This document shows positions 10,137 through 19,218 of a stretch of 64,000 bases of DNA, piece by piece (positions within the stretch are counted from its first letter, which is position 1; each line of letters begins with the position of its first letter). The position numbers were made by a program, and so were the translations under genes. The notes under the pieces were generated by a model, which did not search any database, had not been told where the DNA came from, and was given only the letters and a program-made list of their open reading frames with translations. This DNA comes from Planctomycetota bacterium (lineage in GTDB: Bacteria; Planctomycetota; B15-G4), in assembly GCA_029259695.1 (NCBI GenBank), contig JAJDEQ010000232.1, forward strand, positions 40,171 through 104,170, given 5' to 3'.

Positions 10137-10416
10137 GCCGGTCTGCCCAGGATGCGTGTCCTGACTGCCCACGCGGCGAACCGGAACACGCATTCTGCCC
10201 GAACCGGCAGCAAGCCTCAGGGCCCCAGCCCCAGCGAGCCGATGATTGTGTGCCGGACGGACGAGCATTGCCGATCTCGACCTCACCGCGCACACTATCG
10301 CCCTGTAATTGTAGCTCTTCCCGCCACCCCGAACGCCCACCCGCGCGCTCCCCCACGACCCCACCGTCGTTGCGCCCGGGTGGTTCCGTGTGTTCTCCCT
10401 GATGTTGGAGTCTCCG

Positions 10417-12759
10417 ATGAAGTCCCTGTCGCTCCTGGCGAGCCTTTGCGGCGCCTTCGCTCTGGCCGCGCCCGCGTCCGCCCTTCAGGGCAACGGCATC
10501 CCGCCCATCGACTTCGACCTGGTCGAGATCAGCGTGGCGGGCCACCCGCAGAACCCCGACATCGACTACACCTACGTCCCGGTCAGCGACTTCAAGGCGG
10601 AAGCCGTGGGTGTCGCCGTCGCCGACTTCAACAACGACGGCTACCAGGACATCTTCTTCCCCAGCACCGAGGGCAACGGCAATCACCTGTACGTGAACCG
10701 CGGCAACGGCACCTTCCGCCAGCAAGCGCCGGGCTTCGGCGTCGACGAGCCGACCAAGCGCCGCGGCATGGCCGCGTTCTTCGACCTCGAGAACGACGGC
10801 GACCTCGACCTGATGACGCTCGGCTACCCGAGCTCGCCGGTCCAGAACCTCGACCTGTACAGCATGTTCCGCAACGACGGCGACCCGCTGTACACCTTCA
10901 CCGACATCACCGCCGGCGTGGGCGGCTTCGCGCTCGCGCCGTCCGCCGAGACGACGACCGTCGGCGACCCCGGCGGCGTGGCCGTGGGCGACTACAACAA
11001 CGACGGCTACCTCGACGTCTTCGTGACCTACTGGTACCGCAACGGTCCTCCTCCGGGCATCTCCGACGAGGACCAGTCGCGCCTGTGGAAGAACGTCCCC
11101 AACCCCAACCCCGACCTGGGTGAACCGGACTACTCGCCGCGCCTGCTGGTGGATGCGACGGTGGAGTCGGGTCTGGTCGGCTTCGGCGGCACCAACTGGG
11201 TCTGGCAGCCCACCTGGGTCGACGTGAACCGCGACGGCCTGCTCGACCTGCACGTGAACATCGAGAAGGGCGAGGACGAGTTGCGCCTGAACAACGGCGA
11301 CGGGACCTTCAGCGCCAACATCGCGACGGGCCTGGGCATGAACTACAACGGCCCGGACTTCCCCGCCGGCTCGTGGGGCCACGAGATGGGCGCCGGCGTC
11401 GGTGACTACGACAACGACCGCGACATCGACTTCTACCTGACGAACCCCGGGACGGGGGTCCTGGGCAAGGCCGACGCGTTCTACCGCAATGACGCCGACT
11501 TCTCCCTCGGCGGTCCCGGCATGGGCTTCACCAGCATCGGCCCGGTGACCACCGACACGGACACCGACGGTGTGGGCTGGGGCGCGATCTTCGTCGACCT
11601 GGACAACGACTGCGACAAGGACCTGCTGACCGCCCGCGGACTCGGCTCCGGCCGCGCCACCAACCACCTGTTCCTCAACGAGGCTCCGGCGCTGGCCGCC
11701 GACGGCCAGAGCACGGCGCTGACCGAGGTGGGCGCCCAGGTGCCCGACTTCTCCCGCGTGGGCGGCGCCATCGACGTGATGCGTGGACTGGTCGCCCTGG
11801 ACTACGACAACGACGGTGACATGGACGTCGTCGCCACCCGCAGTGGCGACGTGCCGGTGGATCCCACCGACAACATGAAGGCCGGCTTCTTCCTCAACAC
11901 CCTGAACAACTCCAACAACTGGTTGGAAGTGGACCTGGTGGAGGCGGGCGGCAGCCTGAACACCGTGGGCTCGCGCGTGTACGTGCGCACCGGCGGCATC
12001 TCGGGCATCGTGCAGATGCGCGAGGTCATCGTCGGCAGCAGCTACCTGTCCCAGGAGCCCTACCGGCTGCACTTCGGCCTCGCCGGTGGGCCCGCCGACT
12101 GGGTCGCCGTGCGTTGGTTCGACGGGACGATGCACGTCCTGCGCGGCAACGAGCTCAACCCCATCGAGGGGCTGACCTCGATCACGCGCGCCAACGACTT
12201 CAGCGGCGACCTCGACGGCGACCTGGACACGGATTGCGACGACCTGGAACTGTTCACGCTCGGCCAGGCCTCGGAAGCGGCCGTCGACGCGATCGTTCCC
12301 GGCTGGCCCTGGCGCATCGTCGCGGACGCCGATGGCAACGAGGTCGTCGACACGCGCGACTTCGAGCAGATCCGCAACCTGGTGCGCGACACCTTCTGTG
12401 ACATCGGCGGCGGCCTCTCCGGCTCCCACGGCGTCCCCACGCTGGTCGGCTCGGGAACGCTCACCCCCGGCTCCACGGTGACGCTGGCACTCAGCGACGC
12501 GCTGGAGAACAGCAGCGTGTGGCTCGTCGTCGGGCTCAGTCAGGCCAACGTGCCGTTCAAGGCCGGCGTGATGATCCCGGCCCCCGACGTCATCCTCGGC
12601 CCGTTCCCCGTGAGCGGCAGCGGTGACCTCGTGCTCTCGGGCCCCTGGCCGGCCGACATCCCCAGCGACTTCCAGACGACCTTCCAGCAGTGGGTCCAGG
12701 ACCCCGCCGCTCCGGTCGGCTTCTCGGGCAGCAACGGCGTCTCCCTGCGCGCTCCGTAA
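10417..12759 (+). CDS. Secreted FG-GAP/VCBS repeat protein with ASPIC/UnbV domain (CRTAC1-like)
   Basis: Signal peptide MKSLSLLASLCGAFALAAPASA. Repeats DFNNDGYQDIF, DLENDGDLDL, DYNNDGYLDVF, DVNRDGLLDL, DYDNDRDIDF, DLDNDCDKDL, DYDNDGDMDV. UnbV-like GSSYLSQEPYRLHFGL. Acidic Ca-binding-like C-terminal repeats. Confidence 0.85.
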   Translation: MKSLSLLASLCGAFALAAPASALQGNGIPPIDFDLVEISVAGHPQNPDIDYTYVPVSDFKAEAVGVAVADFNNDGYQDIFFPSTEGNGNHLYVNRGNGTFRQQAPGFGVDEPTKRRGMAAFFDLENDGDLDLMTLGYPSSPVQNLDLYSMFRNDGDPLYTFTDITAGVGGFALAPSAETTTVGDPGGVAVGDYNNDGYLDVFVTYWYRNGPPPGISDEDQSRLWKNVPNPNPDLGEPDYSPRLLVDATVESGLVGFGGTNWVWQPTWVDVNRDGLLDLHVNIEKGEDELRLNNGDGTFSANIATGLGMNYNGPDFPAGSWGHEMGAGVGDYDNDRDIDFYLTNPGTGVLGKADAFYRNDADFSLGGPGMGFTSIGPVTTDTDTDGVGWGAIFVDLDNDCDKDLLTARGLGSGRATNHLFLNEAPALAADGQSTALTEVGAQVPDFSRVGGAIDVMRGLVALDYDNDGDMDVVATRSGDVPVDPTDNMKAGFFLNTLNNSNNWLEVDLVEAGGSLNTVGSRVYVRTGGISGIVQMREVIVGSSYLSQEPYRLHFGLAGGPADWVAVRWFDGTMHVLRGNELNPIEGLTSITRANDFSGDLDGDLDTDCDDLELFTLGQASEAAVDAIVPGWPWRIVADADGNEVVDTRDFEQIRNLVRDTFCDIGGGLSGSHGVPTLVGSGTLTPGSTVTLALSDALENSSVWLVVGLSQANVPFKAGVMIPAPDVILGPFPVSGSGDLVLSGPWPADIPSDFQTTFQQWVQDPAAPVGFSGSNGVSLRAP

Positions 12760-12787
12760 CACGCGCCCCGGCGACTGCCGAACTCCC

Positions 12788-12825
12788 CCGCGCCCCCGGT
12801 GACCCTGCGGTCCCCGGGGGCGCGG
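12788..12825 (+). terminator. GC-rich hairpin downstream of the CRTAC1-like gene
   Basis: Perfect 12-bp stem CCGCGCCCCCGG (12788-12799) / CCGGGGGCGCGG (12814-12825) with a 14-nt loop, 29 nt after the stop. No U-tract. Confidence 0.45.
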
Positions 12826-12890
12826 CACGTTCCAGGGCGTTAGGCTGTGCGTCCCCGGCCCCCGCACGGGCGCCCTGGAGGCATTCGCTC

Positions 12891-14294
12891 ATGTCCGCCC
12901 GCGCCGAGCTCCGTCCACCTGCGCACCGACCCGGTGCCGGTGTCCGGGCCGCAGGCCGCGCCCTGGCTGCCGTGTGCGCGCTGTTGATGCCCGCCTGTGG
13001 CCCCGGAGCGCCGGCGCGCGCGCCCGACGAGCAGCCCAACGTGATCCTGATCCTGGCCGACGACCTCGGCTGGGCCGAGCCCAGCTGCTACGGCAACCAG
13101 GAACTCGAGACCCCGGCCCTCGACCGCCTGGCCCGGGACGGCGTGCGCTTCACCGACTTCCACGCCAGCTCCCCGGTGTGCGCGGCGACGCGACTGGGTC
13201 TGCTCACCGGGCGCTACCAGCAGCGCGCCGGCGGCATGAACGGGAACACCGTGGAGAACGTGCATCAACCGAGCTTCGAGCGGGCCTTCGAGGCGCTGCT
13301 CCCCCGCGCACTGCGCGACGCCGGCTACACCACGGCGCTGATCGGCAAGTGGCACCTGGGCCATGGACGCTTCGGCCCGATGCGTCACGGCTTCGATCGT
13401 TTCCGCGGCTTCCTCGACGGGATGGTCGACTACGTCACCCACGTCGCCGGGAACGGTCGGCACGATTGGTGGCACGACGAGACCAACGTGCGCGAAGAGG
13501 GATACACGACACACCTGCTGACCCGCCACGCGCTGCGTTTCATCCAGGACCACCGGGAGCAGCCGTTCTTCCTCTACCTCTCCCACGCTGCCCCGCACAA
13601 GCCGTTCCAGGGACCGGGCGACCGGCCGGTGATCACCGAGGGCCGTGAGGGCGGCGTGGTCGACCCGCGCACCGACGTGGCACAGGTCTATGCCGACATG
13701 GTGCGCGAACTCGATCTGAGCGTCGGCGAGATCCTCGACGCGCTGGAGGCGCTGGCGCTCGAGCGGCACACCGTCGTGGTCTTCCTCAGTGACAACGGCC
13801 CCGGGGAGCACGGCCGCAGCGAGCCCTTCCGCGGGCGCAAGGGCACGCTCTTCGAGGGCGGGCAGCGGGTGCCGGCGATGATCCGCTGGCCCGGACGCAT
13901 TGCACCGCAGCGCGTGTCGGCGACGACACTCTCGAGCCTGGACCTGATGCCGACGATCCTCGAGCTGGCCGGCGCAGCCGCCCCCGCTCAGCCGCTCGAC
14001 GGCCGCGCGCTCACCGGCTTGCTGCTCGACGGGAGCGAGCCCGAACCACGTGCCCTGTTCTGGGAGCACGCCCAGGCCAAGGGCGGCCTGTGGCGCGCCA
14101 TGCGCGACCGGCAGTGGAAGCTGATCCTGGGCCCGGACGGGCAGGAGCCGCGCCTCTACGACCTGTCTGCCGATCGGAGCGAGCGCGTGAACCGGGCGAC
14201 CGCGTTCCCCCAACGCACCGAGGCCATGACCGCAGCGACCCTGCGCTGGCGCGCGAGCCTCGAAGCGGACGCCCACTGGACCCCCGGGAACTAG
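12891..14294 (+). CDS. Arylsulfatase-A-family sulfatase
   Basis: Start trimmed to ATG 12891, signal-like N-terminus. NVILILADDLGW, SSPVCAATRLGLLTGR (C-x-A-x-R core), GKWHLG, LSDNGP. Confidence 0.9.
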   Translation: MSARAELRPPAHRPGAGVRAAGRALAAVCALLMPACGPGAPARAPDEQPNVILILADDLGWAEPSCYGNQELETPALDRLARDGVRFTDFHASSPVCAATRLGLLTGRYQQRAGGMNGNTVENVHQPSFERAFEALLPRALRDAGYTTALIGKWHLGHGRFGPMRHGFDRFRGFLDGMVDYVTHVAGNGRHDWWHDETNVREEGYTTHLLTRHALRFIQDHREQPFFLYLSHAAPHKPFQGPGDRPVITEGREGGVVDPRTDVAQVYADMVRELDLSVGEILDALEALALERHTVVVFLSDNGPGEHGRSEPFRGRKGTLFEGGQRVPAMIRWPGRIAPQRVSATTLSSLDLMPTILELAGAAAPAQPLDGRALTGLLLDGSEPEPRALFWEHAQAKGGLWRAMRDRQWKLILGPDGQEPRLYDLSADRSERVNRATAFPQRTEAMTAATLRWRASLEADAHWTPGN

Positions 14295-16222
14295 GTCCCT
14301 CGTGCCCGCGCCTCCTCTTCGGCCTCGGCGGCCAGCCGCGCCAGCTCGCCGTCCACCCAGCGGTCGACGTTGCGACGCAACAGGTCCAGCGTCACCCCGC
14401 CGTCCTTGAGCACGACGTCGTGGAAGTCACGCACGTCGAACTCGGGACCCAGGCGTCGGCGCGCGTCTTCGCGCATGTCCAGGATCTCGAGCTGCCCGAC
14501 CTTGTAGGCCAGCGCCTGACCCGGCGTCGTGATGTACCGGTCGACCTCGTTCTCGATGTTGTTCCGCGCGAGCAGCGTGTTCGCGTACATGTAGTCGATG
14601 GCCTGCCCCCGGCTCCAGCCCATGGCGTGCAGCCCGGTGTCGACCACGAGCCGGCACGCACGCCAGGCGTCGAAACTCAACACGCCCAGGCGATCCAGGT
14701 CGCCGCTGTAGAGACCCATCTCGTCGGACAGCCGCTCGGTGTACAGGCCCCAGCCCTCCGCGTAGGCGGTCACGCGCATGTGCCGCTGGAATGCCGGCAG
14801 CCCGTCGCGCTCGGAAGCGATCGCGATCTGCAGGTGGTGGCCGGGAATCGCCTCGTGGAAGGCGAGCACCTCCGCCTCGTAGCGCGGGCGCGTCTCCGGC
14901 GCGTAGGTGTTGATGAAGTAACGACCGGGCAGCGAGCCGTCGGCGGCGGGACCGCGGTAGTAGGCGATGGTCGTGTCGCGCTCCTCGACCTCCGGGATGC
15001 GCACCACCTCGCAGGGCGCCTCGGGCTGCAGACCGAACCACCCGTCCATGGCGGTCGCGGCCCGCGCGAGCGAGTCGCGCGCCGTCTGCTCGACCTCCTC
15101 GCGCGTCGCGAAGTGCAACGCCGGGTCGTCACGCAGTCGGCGCTGGATCTCGGCCACGTCGTCGGTCCCGAAGACGCGCTGCCCCAGGACGCTCATCTGG
15201 GAGCGGATGCGGGCCACCTCCTCCAGGCCCGTCTCGTGCAGTTCGTCGGCCGTGAGCTCCAGGCCCGTGTGGTACTCGATCAGTTCGTCGTAGAGATCGA
15301 GACCGCCCGGCAGGCTCGCCAGGCCGGGCGCGTCGTCGCCCCGCGCCTCGGGCAGCACCTCCAGGCGCAGCACGTAGCGATACTCCTCGAGCGCCGGCTT
15401 GACCTCCCGCTCGAGCAGGTCGTCGATCTTCTCGGCGAGCACCTTGCGCGAGAGCGCCGGCAGCGTGGGCGAGAGCTCGACCTCCGCCAGGGGCCACTCG
15501 TCGATCGGCCGGGCCAGCACACGGTCGAGCTGTTCGAGCGTCTTCACGACCGAGGTCTGGTTGGCGACCATGCCGCGCTTCAATCCCAGGCGCAGGTTGG
15601 CGCTGGCGTCACGGATGTACTGTCCCATGGCCGACCAGCGCTCCAGCAGCGCCGCGCGCTCCCGCGCCGTACCGGCCGGCTGGTCCTGGGCGATGCTGAA
15701 CAAAGCCACGTGCGGCGCGCTGCGCGGGCTGACCACCCAGCGCTCGAGGTGTGCGTCCTGCATCAGGATCGCGTTGCGCAGGAAGCGCCTCGCCATGGCC
15801 AGCGTGACCTGGTCGTCGGGCGTCAGTTCGCCTGCGTAGATCAACTCGGCTCGGGTGAGCAACTCGGCCAGGCGTCGGCGGTGCTGCGCGACGCCGTAGG
15901 GCGAGCGGTCGGGCAGCTTGCCCAGGTAGCGCTCATCGCCGAGGCGGCTGGCCCAGGTCGGTCCGGCGCGCAGTGTCTCCTCCCAGATGTCGACGGAGAG
16001 CACGCCCAGCTCATCGTCCTGGACCGCTCCGGAGGCGTTGGCCCACAGGGGGTTGTCCGACTCGACGACGTGGGGCAGCCCGACACAACCGGCCAGGGCG
16101 AGGCACAGCACGGCCCATGCGAGACCGGGCGACGACCTGCCACCGCCCTCGCTCGCCGAGGCGCCGGAGGCATGGGAACGGGGGCGCGGGGCGACGCCGA
16201 AGCGATGCGAACGTGAGGACAT
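14291..16222 (-). CDS. DUF885-family protein (putative secreted metallopeptidase-like lipoprotein)
   Basis: Start trimmed to ATG 16222 (MSSRSHRF...LCLALAGC lipobox). FHEAIPGHHLQ and YITTPGQALAYKVG are typical of DUF885. Confidence 0.85.
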   Translation of the reverse strand: MSSRSHRFGVAPRPRSHASGASASEGGGRSSPGLAWAVLCLALAGCVGLPHVVESDNPLWANASGAVQDDELGVLSVDIWEETLRAGPTWASRLGDERYLGKLPDRSPYGVAQHRRRLAELLTRAELIYAGELTPDDQVTLAMARRFLRNAILMQDAHLERWVVSPRSAPHVALFSIAQDQPAGTARERAALLERWSAMGQYIRDASANLRLGLKRGMVANQTSVVKTLEQLDRVLARPIDEWPLAEVELSPTLPALSRKVLAEKIDDLLEREVKPALEEYRYVLRLEVLPEARGDDAPGLASLPGGLDLYDELIEYHTGLELTADELHETGLEEVARIRSQMSVLGQRVFGTDDVAEIQRRLRDDPALHFATREEVEQTARDSLARAATAMDGWFGLQPEAPCEVVRIPEVEERDTTIAYYRGPAADGSLPGRYFINTYAPETRPRYEAEVLAFHEAIPGHHLQIAIASERDGLPAFQRHMRVTAYAEGWGLYTERLSDEMGLYSGDLDRLGVLSFDAWRACRLVVDTGLHAMGWSRGQAIDYMYANTLLARNNIENEVDRYITTPGQALAYKVGQLEILDMREDARRRLGPEFDVRDFHDVVLKDGGVTLDLLRRNVDRWVDGELARLAAEAEEEARARGT

Positions 16223-16376
16223 GCAGGACACTCCGGCTGCGAGAACGGATGATGGGCAGAATGTAACCTCCGGCCGGTCGCGACCGACAGAGGCCCGCCC
16301 CCGACCCCACCGGGGGAGCCGGTTCGGCCGGTCGATCCCGATCGTCGCCCCTTCGCCATCCAGGAGACTCCCGCCC

Positions 16377-17168
16377 ATGACCGCAGCTCCAGGGGTCGTC
16401 GTGATCACGGGTGCCTCGGCCGGCATCGGCGCCGCCACGGCGCGCCTCTTCGCCGCCCGGGGTGCGCACCTCGTGCTCGGCGCGCGACGCGTCGACCGAG
16501 TCCGAGCACTCGCCGACGAATTGCAGGCGGCCCATGGGATCCGGGCCATCGGGTCGTCGCTGGATGTGCGCGACGTCGCCTCGATCGAGGCCTTCGTCGA
16601 ATCCGCGCGGGCGTTCGTGGGAGCAGCGGGCGTGGCCGTGCTGGTCAACAACGCAGGCCTGGCACGGGGCGTGGCGCACATCCCCCATGCCACCGAGGAC
16701 GACGAGCGCGGCTGGGAGGAGATGTTCGACGTCAACGTGATGGGCCTGCTGCGCGTGACGCGACGCTTCGTCGGCGACATGGTGGCGCGCGGCGCCGGGC
16801 ATGTGATCAACCTCGGTTCGCTCGCCGGTATCGAGACCTACGAGGGCGGCGCGGTCTACTGCGCCACGAAGTCGTCGGTGCGCGTCGTCACCCGCGCCTT
16901 GCGCCTCGAGCTGCTGGGCACCGGCGTCAAGGTCACCTGCATCAACCCGGGCCTGGTGGAGACCGAGTTCTCGGTCGTGCGTCTGGGCACGCAGGAGCAG
17001 GCCGACGCCGTCTACGCGGGCATGACGCCGCTCACCGGCGCGGACGTGGCCGAGGCCATCCTCTGGACCGCCTGTCTCCCGGCGCACATGAACATCGAAG
17101 AGGTGCAGCTGCAACCCACCGACCAGGCATCGGCACAGAAGGTGCACCGACGGGAAGCGCAGGCGTGA
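16377..17168 (+). CDS. Short-chain dehydrogenase/reductase (YdfG/serine 3-dehydrogenase-like)
   Basis: Start trimmed to ATG 16377. TGASAGIG, NNAG, YCATK catalytic motif. Confidence 0.9.
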   Translation: MTAAPGVVVITGASAGIGAATARLFAARGAHLVLGARRVDRVRALADELQAAHGIRAIGSSLDVRDVASIEAFVESARAFVGAAGVAVLVNNAGLARGVAHIPHATEDDERGWEEMFDVNVMGLLRVTRRFVGDMVARGAGHVINLGSLAGIETYEGGAVYCATKSSVRVVTRALRLELLGTGVKVTCINPGLVETEFSVVRLGTQEQADAVYAGMTPLTGADVAEAILWTACLPAHMNIEEVQLQPTDQASAQKVHRREAQA

Positions 17169-19144
17169 CCAAAACGGCCCCCCGCAACGCACTCCCGTGG
17201 CTGCTCGTCTGCATCGTCTCGGCCTGCGGCGACGGCCGTGACGAGCCCGGCCCCGGCCTGCCGTCGGCGCCCCCCACCACCCCCGCCGGCGACGACGGGC
17301 TGCCGCCCGGCGCCAAGCCCTTCATGGTCGACGACCTGCGCGCCGACCTGGCCGCTCCGCGGCACGCATCCGACGGCGGGGGCCGGGCCGTGATCACCGC
17401 CGGCGGCGAGGTCCGTGCCGGACACGCCGGCAGTTGGACGATCGTCTACACGGCGGGCCCCGAAGGCATCGCGGTCGGCGGGCGCGTGTTCCTGCGCGTG
17501 TCGCCCTTCTGGGATTGGAGCGAACCGCAGGACGAGCGGCCGGACGCGCTCGGCTACACGACGGTCAGCACCGAGGCAGCGGGCATCACGTTGCAGGTGG
17601 AACCGCGCATGCCGCTGGCCCCGCGGCCCCAGTCCATGATCGTCACCCTCGGCGGGCGAGCCCTGGAGCAGGGCGAGACGGTCACGTTCGTGTACGGAGC
17701 CGGCTCGGCCGGCGCCCGCGCCGACCGCTACGCCGACCGGGACACGCCGATCTGGATCCTGGTCGACGGAGACGGTGACGGCGTGTCCGGAGTCGTGCTC
17801 GACTCGCCGCGCATCGACGTCCTGCCCGGTCCGCCCGACCAGCTCGTGATCCACGCCACCTCGCGCCCGCGGCCCGGCGACGCCGTGCGGGTCACGCTCG
17901 CGATCCTCGACCGCATGGGCAATGCGGGCTGCGAGCTGGAGGGAACCGTCAGCCTGCGCTGGGATCCCGAGGGGCCGCTCCTGCCGGACCTGCACCTCGG
18001 CCCGGACGACCAGGGCTGCCTGACCACGACGATCCCGGGCCCACCGGCCGGCGTCGCCCGACTCGTCGCCGAAGGCCCTGATGGGCTCACGGCCGAGAGC
18101 AACCCGATCGAGGTGACCGATCGCGCCGCGCCGATCCTCTGGGGTGATCTGCACGGTCACTCCCAGCTCTCCGACGGAACCGGCACGCCCGAGGACTACT
18201 ACCGCTACGCCCGGGACGTCGCCGGCCTCGACATCGCCGTGCTCACCGACCACGACCACTGGGGCATGCTGGCCCTCGACCGCTACCCCGCCCAGTGGGA
18301 ACGGGTGCGCGACGCGACCCGCGCGTTCCACGCCCCCGGGCGCTTCGTGACCCTGTTCGGCTACGAGTGGACCAACTGGATCCACGGTCACCGTCACGTG
18401 CTCTACTTCGACGAGGGCGGCGAGCTGCTGAGCTCCCTCGACGAGCGCTACGAGACACCTCGGCAGCTCTGGGACGCGCTCGAAGGACAGGACGCGCTGA
18501 CCATGGCGCACCACTCGGCCGGCGGGCCGATCCCCACCAACTGGGCCGAGTACCCGCCCGACCCGGTGCTCGAACCGGTGACCGAGGTCGTCTCGGTGCA
18601 TGGCAGCAGCGAGGCCTGGGACAGTCCGCACCGCATCTACAGCCCCGTGCCGGGCAACTTCGTGCGGGACGTGCTCGACCAGGGCCAGCGCCTGGGCTTC
18701 GTCGGCAGCGGCGACAGCCACGACGGCCATCCCGGCCTGGCGCACTTCACCTCGTCCACGGGCATCGGCGGACTGATGGCCCTGCTGACCGATGACTGCA
18801 GCCGGGCGGGCGTCCTGTCGGCCATGCGCGCGCGGCGCTGCTACGCCACCAGCGGCCCGCGCATCCTGCTCGACGTGCAGCTCGACGGGCACGGCATGGG
18901 CTCGTCCCTGCCCGCCGCCGACGAAGCCCTGCTCCGCGTGGCGGTCGAGGGCACCGCGCCCCTGGACCAGACCACCGTCGTGCGCAGCGGCCAGGTCATC
19001 GCGACCGAAGCGACGCGGGACCGCGCGCGCAACGCCTCGCTGACCTGGCGCCTGGAGGACCTGCGGGCGGGCGAATACGTCTACGTGCGCGTGCTGCAGC
19101 GCGACGGCGGAGCCGCCTGGTCGAGCCCGATCTTCATCGACTGA
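17165..19144 (+). CDS. Lipoprotein with C-terminal PHP-type metallohydrolase domain (CehA/McbA- or DUF3604-like)
   Basis: GTG start overlaps the SDR stop (GTGA). Lipobox LLVCIVSAC. WGDLHGHSQLSDGTG, LTDHDHWG, GSGDSHDGHPG His/Asp-rich metal motifs. Confidence 0.75.
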   Translation: MTKTAPRNALPWLLVCIVSACGDGRDEPGPGLPSAPPTTPAGDDGLPPGAKPFMVDDLRADLAAPRHASDGGGRAVITAGGEVRAGHAGSWTIVYTAGPEGIAVGGRVFLRVSPFWDWSEPQDERPDALGYTTVSTEAAGITLQVEPRMPLAPRPQSMIVTLGGRALEQGETVTFVYGAGSAGARADRYADRDTPIWILVDGDGDGVSGVVLDSPRIDVLPGPPDQLVIHATSRPRPGDAVRVTLAILDRMGNAGCELEGTVSLRWDPEGPLLPDLHLGPDDQGCLTTTIPGPPAGVARLVAEGPDGLTAESNPIEVTDRAAPILWGDLHGHSQLSDGTGTPEDYYRYARDVAGLDIAVLTDHDHWGMLALDRYPAQWERVRDATRAFHAPGRFVTLFGYEWTNWIHGHRHVLYFDEGGELLSSLDERYETPRQLWDALEGQDALTMAHHSAGGPIPTNWAEYPPDPVLEPVTEVVSVHGSSEAWDSPHRIYSPVPGNFVRDVLDQGQRLGFVGSGDSHDGHPGLAHFTSSTGIGGLMALLTDDCSRAGVLSAMRARRCYATSGPRILLDVQLDGHGMGSSLPAADEALLRVAVEGTAPLDQTTVVRSGQVIATEATRDRARNASLTWRLEDLRAGEYVYVRVLQRDGGAAWSSPIFID

Positions 19145-19218
19145 CCCACGACGGGGGCGAACGGTCCGCACCGGAACCGGAGCGCCCGGCGGACGCGCCC
19201 GGTCGACGCGACCGAACC

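Noticed and set aside
9709-12867. 1052-aa minus-strand ORF, the longest in the track
   Set aside because: Apart from its last 113 codons (CutA), it is antisense to the well-supported FG-GAP/UnbV gene. Its translation is Ala/Gly/Arg/Val-rich without motifs, which is typical of shadow ORFs in high-GC DNA.
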